Assembly: GCA_963843795.1 (NCBI GenBank)
Contig: CAWJLW010000006.1
Coordinates: 2,926,375 to 2,990,374, forward strand
DNA from: an uncultured bacterium
Lineage (GTDB): Bacteria; Armatimonadota; Abditibacteriia; Abditibacteriales; Abditibacteriaceae
Direction of reading: 5' to 3'
DNA length: 64,000 nucleotides
Numbering within the stretch: position 1 is the first letter of the stretch; every line of letters starts with the position of its first letter. Both the position numbers and the translations under genes were made by a program. Under the pieces are notes generated by a model, which did no database searches, had not been told where the DNA came from, and saw only the letters and a list, made by a program, of their open reading frames with translations. Below are positions 19,537 to 28,167 of this stretch, in pieces.

Positions 19537-20430
19537 TCAGCTTTCATCCGAAATCATCGTGCCGCAGCCGTGCGGCGTGAACAGTTCGGTCAGTATCGAA
19601 TGCGGCTGGCGTCCATCGACAATATGCGCGCGCGCAACGCCACCGCGCACGGCTTCGATACAACAGCCGATTTTGGGAATCATCCCCTCACTAATCGCCC
19701 CACTGTCGATCAAGGTTTCGGCCTGTTCGGTCGTCATGTGTTCAATCAGTGACGATTTGTCATTGAAGTCACGATAGATTCCGGCCACATCGGTCAATAA
19801 TATGAGTTTCGCCGCATTAAGCGCGCGCGATAAAGCTGCAGCCGCCAAATCGGCATTGACATTATAAGTATGGCCATCATTGCCCGGCGCGACCGGCGTA
19901 ATGACGGGCACAAAACCTTCGCGCCCCAGCGCTTCGATCACTCCGACACGAACGTTTTCGATTTCGCCGACAAAGCCCCAATCGACTTCGCCCTGTAATT
20001 TTTTCGCCGTTAATAAACCGCCATCTTTGCCCGCCAAACCAATCGCTGGCGCGCCTTTTTCGTTCAATAAATAAGCGATAGATTTACCGATTTGGCCCAT
20101 CACCATTTCGGTGACGCGCATCGTTGCGGCGTCGGTCACGCGCATTCCCTGCACGAATTGTGGTTCGATATTCATTTCGCGGCACATCGCGCTAATTTCC
20201 GGACCACCACCGTGAACCACCACCGGCTTCACGCCCGCGTAATGTAGAAGCGCAATGTCGCCCATTACCGTCGCTTTGAGATTGGCGTCTGTCATCGCCG
20301 CGCCACCGTATTTAATGACAACGGTTTGTCCATGCCAGCGCCGCAAATACGGCAACATCTGCGCGATCATTTGCGCTTGTGTCACGTTTTGCGCCGCGTC
20401 TTGATTTTGGTCGTTTTGATTGCTATCCAT
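19537..20430 (-). CDS. argB: Acetylglutamate kinase
   Basis: 'VIKYGGAAM', 'VVHGGGPEI', 'GMRVTD', 'NVNAD', 'GMIPK'. Confidence 0.96.
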   Translation of the reverse strand: MDSNQNDQNQDAAQNVTQAQMIAQMLPYLRRWHGQTVVIKYGGAAMTDANLKATVMGDIALLHYAGVKPVVVHGGGPEISAMCREMNIEPQFVQGMRVTDAATMRVTEMVMGQIGKSIAYLLNEKGAPAIGLAGKDGGLLTAKKLQGEVDWGFVGEIENVRVGVIEALGREGFVPVITPVAPGNDGHTYNVNADLAAAALSRALNAAKLILLTDVAGIYRDFNDKSSLIEHMTTEQAETLIDSGAISEGMIPKIGCCIEAVRGGVARAHIVDGRQPHSILTELFTPHGCGTMISDES

Positions 20431-20441
20431 AAAGAAATAAT

Positions 20442-20942
20442 TTACTCGAAATGAGCGCGCAAAGTTTTCACAAAGGCTTCGAGCTTGGGCTCTGGCCCCT
20501 CGCCCAAATTCGCGTTCACGCCATCGCGCTCGAGGCTGCGCAAAGTTGTTACGCCATTCGGATTTTGTCCCAAAACGAAATACTGCACTGCGTTCTCATC
20601 GTCGATGCGCTCGACAATCGCCGAGAAATGAGGTGCTAAAACCGGCGCGTCCGATTGCAAATCGAACGCGGGCGGCGTCGGATATTGCAAAATGTAATAA
20701 CGGTGCGTGGCATTCAATTCGCCGTTGTGCGTTTGGAACTGGTCAGCTTCTGCGGTCACGACTTCGGTTTCCAGTGCCACCGTTCCCATCACATAGAAAT
20801 ACAGTTCAGGCGGACACGATTCATCGGTGAAACGTGCGATGATGCGCTGCGGATCGGCGAACAAAAGTTGCGGCAACACGAAATAGGCCAGCCGATAGCA
20901 AAAAATCGGCAGGGGAAGCGAGTTTGTCGGTTCAGAATTCAT
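20442..20942 (-). CDS. Hypothetical protein
   Basis: Protein-like composition; ATG 20942; co-oriented between the SprT-like gene and argB. Confidence 0.55.
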   Translation of the reverse strand: MNSEPTNSLPLPIFCYRLAYFVLPQLLFADPQRIIARFTDESCPPELYFYVMGTVALETEVVTAEADQFQTHNGELNATHRYYILQYPTPPAFDLQSDAPVLAPHFSAIVERIDDENAVQYFVLGQNPNGVTTLRSLERDGVNANLGEGPEPKLEAFVKTLRAHFE

Positions 20943-20982
20943 GAGGTATTGAAAAACGCGCTGCGAGTACTGGCAGTCCGTT

Positions 20983-21531
20983 TCATGGGGCGATGCGCGT
21001 GCCACGCAACTGAAAACGCTTATCGAATTTTCCCTCACTGAAACGATTGCAGCACGCAGCGCAGGCGCGAGCGGCACCAAAGCGTTTGCGACGCACGATT
21101 TGAGTTTCGCAATGCGCGCAGCGATAAATCCAACCGCGAATGGGCAGTGGTCGTGGAATCGCGTGGCGCGAGCGAGATTGCCCGATTTCGCGCGCTTTGC
21201 ATCGAAATTCCGCTGTGTGACCGCACGGCAAACCGCGCTCGTAGAGCCACAAATGAATCATTTCGTGCTTGAGAATTTCGCGCAAGGCCGTCGCGCTATC
21301 CTCACACCAAACGCCCGACACTTCGTGGCCATGGTTGTTTTGAAACGCTTCGATTAAAAGCGGAACAGACAATTTAATCAAGCGCGTTTTTACGTTAATG
21401 TTGCCCGCTGCGCGCGTCAACTGGCGGCTCCATACGATGCGACACGGCGGCAGAGCGCCCTCGAAATACTGCTGATTGCAGCTTTCGTAAACAATATCGG
21501 GCGGCAAACTTTCAGGCAAATTTGGCGACAT
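20983..21531 (-). CDS. SprT-like zinc metalloprotease
   Basis: HEMIH motif, 'GHTAEF', C-terminal CxxC...CxxC zinc ribbon. Confidence 0.85.
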   Translation of the reverse strand: MSPNLPESLPPDIVYESCNQQYFEGALPPCRIVWSRQLTRAAGNINVKTRLIKLSVPLLIEAFQNNHGHEVSGVWCEDSATALREILKHEMIHLWLYERGLPCGHTAEFRCKAREIGQSRSRHAIPRPLPIRGWIYRCAHCETQIVRRKRFGAARACAACCNRFSEGKFDKRFQLRGTRIAP

Positions 21532-21626
21532 AAAAATCAGTGTCGCAACGCGCGAAACACGCTGCAAGTACTTGCGGGCGCGTTGAGAATTTGACGAATC
21601 GCCAACGGTGCTTGCAGACTGCAATT

Positions 21627-23897
21627 ATGAACCTTTTTTATCGAACGTCGCTTGCGTTGGCATTTGGCGCAGCGCTCTCACATTCGGCCCGCGCGCAGAA
21701 CTCGAATCGCATGGAGCCGGTGGATTACGTGAATCCGTATATCGGCAACATCAGCCATCTTCTGGTGCCGACTTATCCGACCGTGCATCTGCCCAACAGC
21801 ATGTTGCGCGTGAATCCCGAACGCGGCGATTACACTTCGGCGCGGCTGGGCGGATTGCCGATTTTCTTGACCGCGCATCGAGGCGCTTCGGCGTTCAGCC
21901 TCAAACCGTTCGAGGGAGATGAAAACAATTTCAAGCCTTCGCTAAGCTACAACTACGATCAGGAAAAAATCAAGCCCTATCAATATTCGGTCGTGCTGGA
22001 AGACTACGCGATCGACGTGAATTTCGCGCCCGCGCACCAAGCGGCGGTTTACAACTTCGCGCACCAAAACGCCAAACCGCATCTTTACGCCTTGACAACC
22101 GAAGACGGCGAACTGAGCGCCAATGGCGCGACAATCAGCGGTTTTCGCCGTTTGAATGGTGACCGCACCAAAGCGTATATTTACATGGTTTTCAGCGCGC
22201 AACCGCAGAAAACCGGCGCGTTTGAAAACGGCACGCCCAAATTTGGTGTGCAAACGACTTCGGGCCGCAACGCGGGAATTGTTTTCTCGTTCGCACCAAC
22301 TCAGCGCCAGATTTCCGCGCGTTACGGCGTTTCGTTTATCAGCGTCGAGCAAGCGAAAAAGAATCTGGACAAGGAAATTTCCGGTTTCGATTGGGCTGCG
22401 GTCGCGCGACGTGGGCGAACGGAATGGAATCAAGAATTGGGCAAGCTTCAAGTGCGCGGCGGCAGCGAAGATGACAAAACGGTTTTTTATACCTCGCTGT
22501 ATCGCAATTACGAGCGCATGATTGATATTTCGGAAGACGGGCGTTATTACAGCGGTTCCGATGGCCAAGTTCACCCGGACGGCGGGAAAGATTTTTACAC
22601 CGACGATTGGATTTGGGATACCTATCGCGCCGCGCATCCTTTACAAGTTTTGCTCAATCCCAAGCGCGAAAGCGACAAAATCGCTTCTTTTATCCGCAGC
22701 GCGCAAGATTCGAGCGAAGGCTGGATGCCAACATTTCCCGAAGTCAGCGGCGATATGCACGCGATGAACGGTAATCACGCCGTCGCGACGATTTGGGACG
22801 CGTATAGCAAAGGCGTTCGCGGCTTCGATTTGGCCGCCGCTTATGAAGCGTGCCGCAAAACCATCATGGAAGAAACCATGATGCCTTGGACGCGACGACC
22901 TGCGGGCGAATTAGACGCGTTTTATAAAGCGCACGGTTACATTCCCGCCTTGAAACCGGGCGAAGCCGAAACAGTTGAAGGCGTTCATGGTTTTGAAAAG
23001 CGCCAGGCGGTCGCAGTAACTTTGGCGGCCAGTTTCGACGATTGGTGTTTGGCTCAAATCGCGCGCACGTTGGGCAAAACCGACGATTACAAGTACTTCA
23101 CGGCGCGTTCTTATAATTATCGGAATTTGTTCAACGCGGAAACCGGCTTTTTCCATCCCAAAGACAAAGACGGAAATTTCATTCAGCCTTTCGATTATCG
23201 CTTTGCGGGCGGCGTGGGCGCGCGCGATTATTACGATGAAAACAACGGTTGGACTTATCGTTGGGACGTCGAGCACAATCCCGCCGATTTGATGCAATTG
23301 ATGGGCGGACGCGAAAAGTTCATCGCGAATTTAGACCAAACTTACGCCGAATCTTTGGGGCGTGGCAAGCGCGAATTTTACATCGATTTGCCCGACCAAA
23401 CCGGCAACGTCGGGCAGTTCACGATGGGCAACGAACCGAGTTTGCACATTCCGTATCTGTATAATTACGCGGGCGCGCCGTGGAAAACGCAGAAGCGCGT
23501 GCGCTCGCTGCTGGAAATGTGGTTTCGCAACGACCTGATGGGCATTCCGGGCGATGAAGATGGCGGCGGCCTCACATCGTTCGTCGTGTTTTCTTCGATG
23601 GGCTTTTATCCAATTGTCGGCGAAGCGGCGTATAACATCGGCAGCCCGCTTTTCAATCGCGTGGCAATCAATGTCGGAAATGGAAAAACGTTCGTCATCA
23701 ACGCACCCAACGCTTCGCACGACAACAAATATATTCAGTCGGCGCGTCTGAATGGTGCGACGTGGAACAAGCCGTGGTTTCGCCACAGCGATTTGGTGCG
23801 CGGCGGCACGCTGGAACTGGTGATGGGAAATCGCCCCAACAAAAACTGGGGCGCGGCACCTCAAGACGCGCCGCCTTCGGCCCAACCAAAATCATGA
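21627..23897 (+). CDS. Secreted GH92 alpha-1,2-mannosidase
   Basis: Signal peptide; 'YVNPYIG', 'WDTYRA', 'GNEPSLHIPYLY', 'GDEDGG'. Confidence 0.92.
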   Translation: MNLFYRTSLALAFGAALSHSARAQNSNRMEPVDYVNPYIGNISHLLVPTYPTVHLPNSMLRVNPERGDYTSARLGGLPIFLTAHRGASAFSLKPFEGDENNFKPSLSYNYDQEKIKPYQYSVVLEDYAIDVNFAPAHQAAVYNFAHQNAKPHLYALTTEDGELSANGATISGFRRLNGDRTKAYIYMVFSAQPQKTGAFENGTPKFGVQTTSGRNAGIVFSFAPTQRQISARYGVSFISVEQAKKNLDKEISGFDWAAVARRGRTEWNQELGKLQVRGGSEDDKTVFYTSLYRNYERMIDISEDGRYYSGSDGQVHPDGGKDFYTDDWIWDTYRAAHPLQVLLNPKRESDKIASFIRSAQDSSEGWMPTFPEVSGDMHAMNGNHAVATIWDAYSKGVRGFDLAAAYEACRKTIMEETMMPWTRRPAGELDAFYKAHGYIPALKPGEAETVEGVHGFEKRQAVAVTLAASFDDWCLAQIARTLGKTDDYKYFTARSYNYRNLFNAETGFFHPKDKDGNFIQPFDYRFAGGVGARDYYDENNGWTYRWDVEHNPADLMQLMGGREKFIANLDQTYAESLGRGKREFYIDLPDQTGNVGQFTMGNEPSLHIPYLYNYAGAPWKTQKRVRSLLEMWFRNDLMGIPGDEDGGGLTSFVVFSSMGFYPIVGEAAYNIGSPLFNRVAINVGNGKTFVINAPNASHDNKYIQSARLNGATWNKPWFRHSDLVRGGTLELVMGNRPNKNWGAAPQDAPPSAQPKS

Positions 23898-23907
23898 TTT
23901 GGACGCG

Positions 23908-23941
23908 AAAAAGGCGCTGCAAGTACTTGCAGCGCCTTTTT
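23908..23941. repeat. 34-bp perfect palindrome centred on GCAAGTACTTGC; probable bidirectional terminator
   Basis: AAAAAGGCGCTGCAAGT|ACTTGCAGCGCCTTTTT between convergent genes. Confidence 0.9.
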
Positions 23942-24373
23942 TCAGAACTTTCGGTCGATAGAAATGCGGATTTTCGCGTTTTGCGCTTGCAAATCGTTCA
24001 GCAAAGCTTTGATGGCATCGTGGTTGTAAAAATTGATTTTGAAGTTCTTGACGGGCCTTTGAAATTGAGGATGTGTCCGATGCACGACCAGAACAAAACA
24101 GCGCTCTTGGCGCTTGACATCGATATGTTCAATTTCAGTGAGCACAACATAATTGTTTTCGTTCCACGATTTGAAACGAAGAAAGCGACTATCAACTTCA
24201 ATTCTGCGACCCCACAAATTGGCCGGAAAAAAGAGAAACAGCACGATAAAAATGGCGTGCCAAACAGTGAATTCGCGATAGCGCAGCAAATCAAAAAAGA
24301 CGATGAGAACACCCACCAGAGCAAACTCGGTCACCGCCAGCAAAGCCAATCCCGAAGGCCAGATGGTTTTCAT
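23942..24373 (-). CDS. Small membrane protein (two N-terminal TM helices, possible PH-like soluble domain)
   Basis: Two hydrophobic stretches followed by a beta-rich region; fold assignment is a guess. Confidence 0.55.
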   Translation of the reverse strand: MKTIWPSGLALLAVTEFALVGVLIVFFDLLRYREFTVWHAIFIVLFLFFPANLWGRRIEVDSRFLRFKSWNENNYVVLTEIEHIDVKRQERCFVLVVHRTHPQFQRPVKNFKINFYNHDAIKALLNDLQAQNAKIRISIDRKF

Positions 24374-24408
24374 ACCTTAATATTACCCACGAACAATCAG
24401 CTTTAACC

Positions 24409-24446
24409 AAAACAGCGCGCCGCTCTATGAAGAGCGACGCGCTGTT
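24409..24446 (-). terminator. Intrinsic terminator
   Basis: AACAGCGCG(C)CGCTCT-ATGA-AGAGCG(A)CGCGCTGTT; the C/A mismatch is G-U on the minus strand, followed by U4. Confidence 0.7.
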
Positions 24447-24486
24447 GAATTTTGCTTTGCCGTTGCAAGTACTTGCAGGACGATTA

Positions 24487-25155
24487 TCAGACGGTTTTGC
24501 CGGTTTTATCGTCGAGGTTATCGCCGGTCACGGCATCGGCAGTTTTTTCCATCACGCCACGCGTGTCGGGCGTGCCATCAACGGCGTGTCCGCCGGTTTG
24601 AATACCGGGAACAGCGTTTCCTGGCGTCATGGTAGAAGTGGTGTAAGGCGTTCCAGCAGGTGTAGTTCCTACAACCGGATCAATAGTGGCTGAATTGCCA
24701 GCGTAAGCCGGGGGCACATCGTCGTCGATGCCATCGCCGCCCATATCTTTGGCAGCATCGCCCGCAGCGGCACCGAGCATTCCACCGGCGACCGCGCCCG
24801 CGACTGTGCCAACGGGTCCAGCAGCCGAGCCGATAATTGCACCGGAAATTCCACCGGCGCCCGCGCCCGAAGCTTTGCCCAAGTCGCCACCGCTGCCGGT
24901 TTCGACGTTAACATCATCATGATCATCGCCAATTTTGTGCGCGGCATCGCCTGCAGCAGCACCCAACACGCCACCGGCTACGGCTCCAATCACAGTGCCA
25001 ATGGGCCCTGCCGCCGAACCGACAATTCCGCCAGCGATGGCTCCGCTACCAGTTCCTGCCACGCGACCCGTTGTTCCGTCGGCGTCGTGCGCTCCGGCCA
25101 CAGCCTCGGGCGGAACGTGTTCGTCTTCGTTGTGAATAATACGATCGTCATTCAT
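24487..25155 (-). CDS. Glycine-zipper acidic protein (stress/membrane-associated)
   Basis: ATG 25155 with GGAGG RBS; two glycine-zipper repeats (GAIAGGIVGSAAGPIGTVIGAVAGGVLGAAAG; GGISGAIIGSAAGPVGTVAGAVAGGMLGAAAG). Confidence 0.75.
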   Translation of the reverse strand: MNDDRIIHNEDEHVPPEAVAGAHDADGTTGRVAGTGSGAIAGGIVGSAAGPIGTVIGAVAGGVLGAAAGDAAHKIGDDHDDVNVETGSGGDLGKASGAGAGGISGAIIGSAAGPVGTVAGAVAGGMLGAAAGDAAKDMGGDGIDDDVPPAYAGNSATIDPVVGTTPAGTPYTTSTMTPGNAVPGIQTGGHAVDGTPDTRGVMEKTADAVTGDNLDDKTGKTV

Positions 25156-25304
25156 TTGTGATGCCTCCAAAAATGCGGCTAATTTTTTGTGCGTGCGTTT
25201 TATGTGGCAAATCTTGTTCCGTTTTTCACTGGAAAAGGCATGCTGAAGTAGAAAATGCACGCCGCAAGTACTTGCCACGTTTGGCGCGCCGACTCACAAA
25301 AAAT

Positions 25305-26051
25305 TCAGCGAATAATTACCGCGTCCGGCACGGTGCGCGACGAACTAATTTCCAGCTTGTGCGTTGGGGTATGGAGCGATAGTTGCGTGGACGAGCCGCC
25401 ATCGAGATTGAGCGCGTTGGGGCAATCGAGCGCGGTTTTCGTGCGCCAGCAGCGCGCCCAGCTGGACAATGAAACCGCGCCATCGGCGACAGCAACGATC
25501 ACGCGTCCATCGCGCTGAATGCCCAGACCGGTGCGCTGCGCCCATTGTTCTTTCAGAATTGGAATCACATCGTTTTGCACCAGAACCGGCCCGCATTGCA
25601 CCGCGTGCTGATACTTCACGCCGCGCTTGAGCGCAGCGGCAAATTCGGGCGTTGTAACGATGGCAGCTTGATTATTTTTAATGCGAAAAACGCCCCAGCG
25701 CGTGCCGTGAACCGCCGATTTTTGCACGCCATCGACGATGCGCGCGCCCAGCGAACGCTCGTTGACATCGAAAAAACCGCCATTCACCGCCACGAGAGCC
25801 GATTGACTTTGACGCCATTGCGCGGCAGATTGTGGAGCGCCGGTCGCGACATGAACCCGTTCGGGCGCCACGCGAAACGCGATAACATCGACGCCTTCTA
25901 CCCCGTCGCGCCATTTCAAACGCCGCATCTCGACACCGGGAGAAATCACCTGCCACGGAGAAGCCGGACGCCCACGCGCGCCCATCAACCACCAACCCGA
26001 AAACGCCACACCCAGCAGCGCTGCCACTGCCACCAATCGCTTCATACACAA
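25305..26051 (-). CDS. Phosphodiester glycosidase (NAGPA/DUF2233) family protein
   Basis: 'VNGGFF', 'RTGLG', 'ALNLDGGSS'; N-terminal TM/signal. Confidence 0.85.
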   Translation of the reverse strand: MCMKRLVAVAALLGVAFSGWWLMGARGRPASPWQVISPGVEMRRLKWRDGVEGVDVIAFRVAPERVHVATGAPQSAAQWRQSQSALVAVNGGFFDVNERSLGARIVDGVQKSAVHGTRWGVFRIKNNQAAIVTTPEFAAALKRGVKYQHAVQCGPVLVQNDVIPILKEQWAQRTGLGIQRDGRVIVAVADGAVSLSSWARCWRTKTALDCPNALNLDGGSSTQLSLHTPTHKLEISSSRTVPDAVIIR

Positions 26052-26140
26052 GCGATTTTAGCAAAACGTGGCCTTGCTTCAGAAATATGAGCAGAAATGT
26101 GTTGCTGCAAGTACTTGCCCTACTTGCAGCGGGCTGCAAA

Positions 26141-26176
26141 CAAAAAGCGTGATATCAGTAGATATCACGCTTTTTG
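26141..26176 (-). terminator. Intrinsic terminator after the DUF1559-lipoprotein pair
   Basis: CAAAAAGCGTGATATC-AGTA-GATATCACGCTTTTTG perfect stem. Confidence 0.8.
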
Positions 26177-26283
26177 TACGTTGGTTCACGGGGTGCTTCA
26201 CCTTCCAACTGTCTTTGCACCACACTCACAGTCGAAGCGAGGACAAGTCTTACCAGATTGAGCGATGAACCTTCGCACCAATT

Positions 26284-26535
26284 CTATGGTTTTGCCGGAT
26301 TGTTCATCGTGGTGTCGGGCGGGAGTTGCCCTGTAGTACCAGGGGGCTTATCTGGATCCACAACTCCAGGGTCGCCAGGAGGCGGAGGAGGAGCGTTAGT
26401 TCCCGTAGCGTAACCCGAAGTTGCTCCACTGGACGGAGCGGGTGCTTCATCAGAAGATGAACACCCGCTCATCATCACAACACTAAGTCCAATAATTCCA
26501 TACAAAAAGGACTTTGTTAGCTTGATAAATTTCAT
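26284..26535 (-). CDS. Small Pro-rich lipoprotein
   Basis: MKFIKLTKSFLYGIIGLSVVMMSG|C lipobox; AAGG RBS; low-complexity tail. Confidence 0.7.
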   Translation of the reverse strand: MKFIKLTKSFLYGIIGLSVVMMSGCSSSDEAPAPSSGATSGYATGTNAPPPPPGDPGVVDPDKPPGTTGQLPPDTTMNNPAKP

Positions 26536-26595
26536 GTCAACCTTTCGCTTACCGCTTTCACATCGATATTGCAAATGCTGCGGTTCAGCCAATTC

Positions 26596-27465
26596 TTAAG
26601 GGGTGCAAGGGAAGCCAAGAGCAGTTGATCTTGACCGTAGATAAGCTCGCTCATCAGCAACTTCTGCAAAATACGTTGCCGAAGAACAAAAAGCGGCTCC
26701 ATTAGATGAAGCGTAGGCCGTGCTTGGTGGCGCCGGATGTGGGTAAAGAACATCACCCTTCATGTATTTTGCGTGACCATCACAAAATACATAGTTCGCC
26801 CCATCCTGCATATGGCGCCACGGATCATCACGCGTAGGAGTAACTTTCGATATATAGGTTTCGTAATAACCTTGGTAGTCGGTAGGTCGTCCTAAGCGTC
26901 CGCCATTGCCACCATCACCGGCGAAGATGGTTTTGACAGGTTCTTCCATGTTTACCAATGTCGGATATGCGTAAGCTTGGCAAGCTGTATTCAGCGAGTT
27001 GTAGGCAATGCCCATGCTGTATCCATAACTACGACCGGTAGAGCCTCCCACAGCGGATGGACACTGCCAGACACCGCCCATAAACCCAGTGACTGTTGGT
27101 GGTGTCCCACTTTTCACATACGGTAACAATTTAAAGTCCCATTCGCCGAGACGTGAGGCATCACCAGTTAATGGGGTTTTGGCACAAGGCGCGGTTGCTG
27201 GCCCAGTTTCAAACGCACTTTCACCGTAATACTCGTTCCAAGCAGGCAAGCCCTCATCGTAATCTTGAGCGTACATCATAAGTGCATTGCCGATCTGCTT
27301 CATGTTGCTCAAACAAGAAGTTTTGCGCGCCTGTTCACGGGCGCGAGCAAACACCGGGAACAAAATCGCGGCGAGGATTGCGATGATCGCAATCACAACA
27401 AGTAATTCGATTAACGTAAATGCAGAGCGGCGGGGGCGAATGGGACAAAAAATGTGGTTTTTCAT
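26596..27465 (-). CDS. Prepilin-type N-terminal cleavage/methylation protein, DUF1559 with H-X9-DG-type motif
   Basis: '[46 protein letters not shown]...YAQDYDE' and '[16 protein letters not shown]'. Confidence 0.92.
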   Translation of the reverse strand: MKNHIFCPIRPRRSAFTLIELLVVIAIIAILAAILFPVFARAREQARKTSCLSNMKQIGNALMMYAQDYDEGLPAWNEYYGESAFETGPATAPCAKTPLTGDASRLGEWDFKLLPYVKSGTPPTVTGFMGGVWQCPSAVGGSTGRSYGYSMGIAYNSLNTACQAYAYPTLVNMEEPVKTIFAGDGGNGGRLGRPTDYQGYYETYISKVTPTRDDPWRHMQDGANYVFCDGHAKYMKGDVLYPHPAPPSTAYASSNGAAFCSSATYFAEVADERAYLRSRSTALGFPCTP

Positions 27466-28167
27466 AGGGAACCTTTGCAAAGCAATCTAGTCTTTTGCAG
27501 CACTTGGGCTGCCAGCCATCAATTAATATACTCCTAACTGTGGGACTAAACAGACTTTTCGTGTTACGTCAATGTAAAATTTATGAGTCGTCGCTCACAT
27601 CGTTAAAATAATGAGGCGGATTGTGAACCGCTTTTTATGCACTTCAGGATTTTGAATGTCGATTTTAGCCGTCTCACTGCCAACCGCAACTAACTATTTG
27701 CATTAAAAATAACTTTGCTTTTAAGCGACCTGTTGTTCACTACATTTCGCAAAAATCGGGTATCTAACAGGAGTGCGCAACCGCTTACTTATGGTTTATA
27801 CCCGCGTGTGCCAAATATCTAACCTGTTTTGTCATTTTCGCCAAAATAAACTTAGCAGAGTTCACAGTGACCTTGATAAGCAAGCGGCATTTCGAAGCCA
27901 AAGCGCTATGTTGAAAATTATTGAGGAAGCATATTGCAGCGCAAGGTGCAGTTGGAGAAAGCTTTGTTCCGGGTAGATAAGTAGAGGATGAGTAATTTGA
28001 GATGTGATTCAACTTGGTATCTGCCACCATAAAACATCGCTGCCAAATGGAACTCGCTTTTCGCAGTGCAATTTTCGGTGTTTCCACCGAAGCGATACAA
28101 CTCATGTGCGCTACTCACAACAGATTTCTACAAAGAGTTTTTCTCTCCCACTATTTTGCAAAATATC

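Noticed and set aside
26180..26275. Possible ncRNA between the lipoprotein stop and the terminator
   Set aside because: Only weak end pairing (GGTTCA...TGAACC); no recognisable family.
27621..27636. LacI/cre-like operator half-sites (TGTGAACCGCTTTT; also TTACCGCTTTCACA near 26549)
   Set aside because: Imperfect symmetry and no regulator nearby; cannot be separated from chance.
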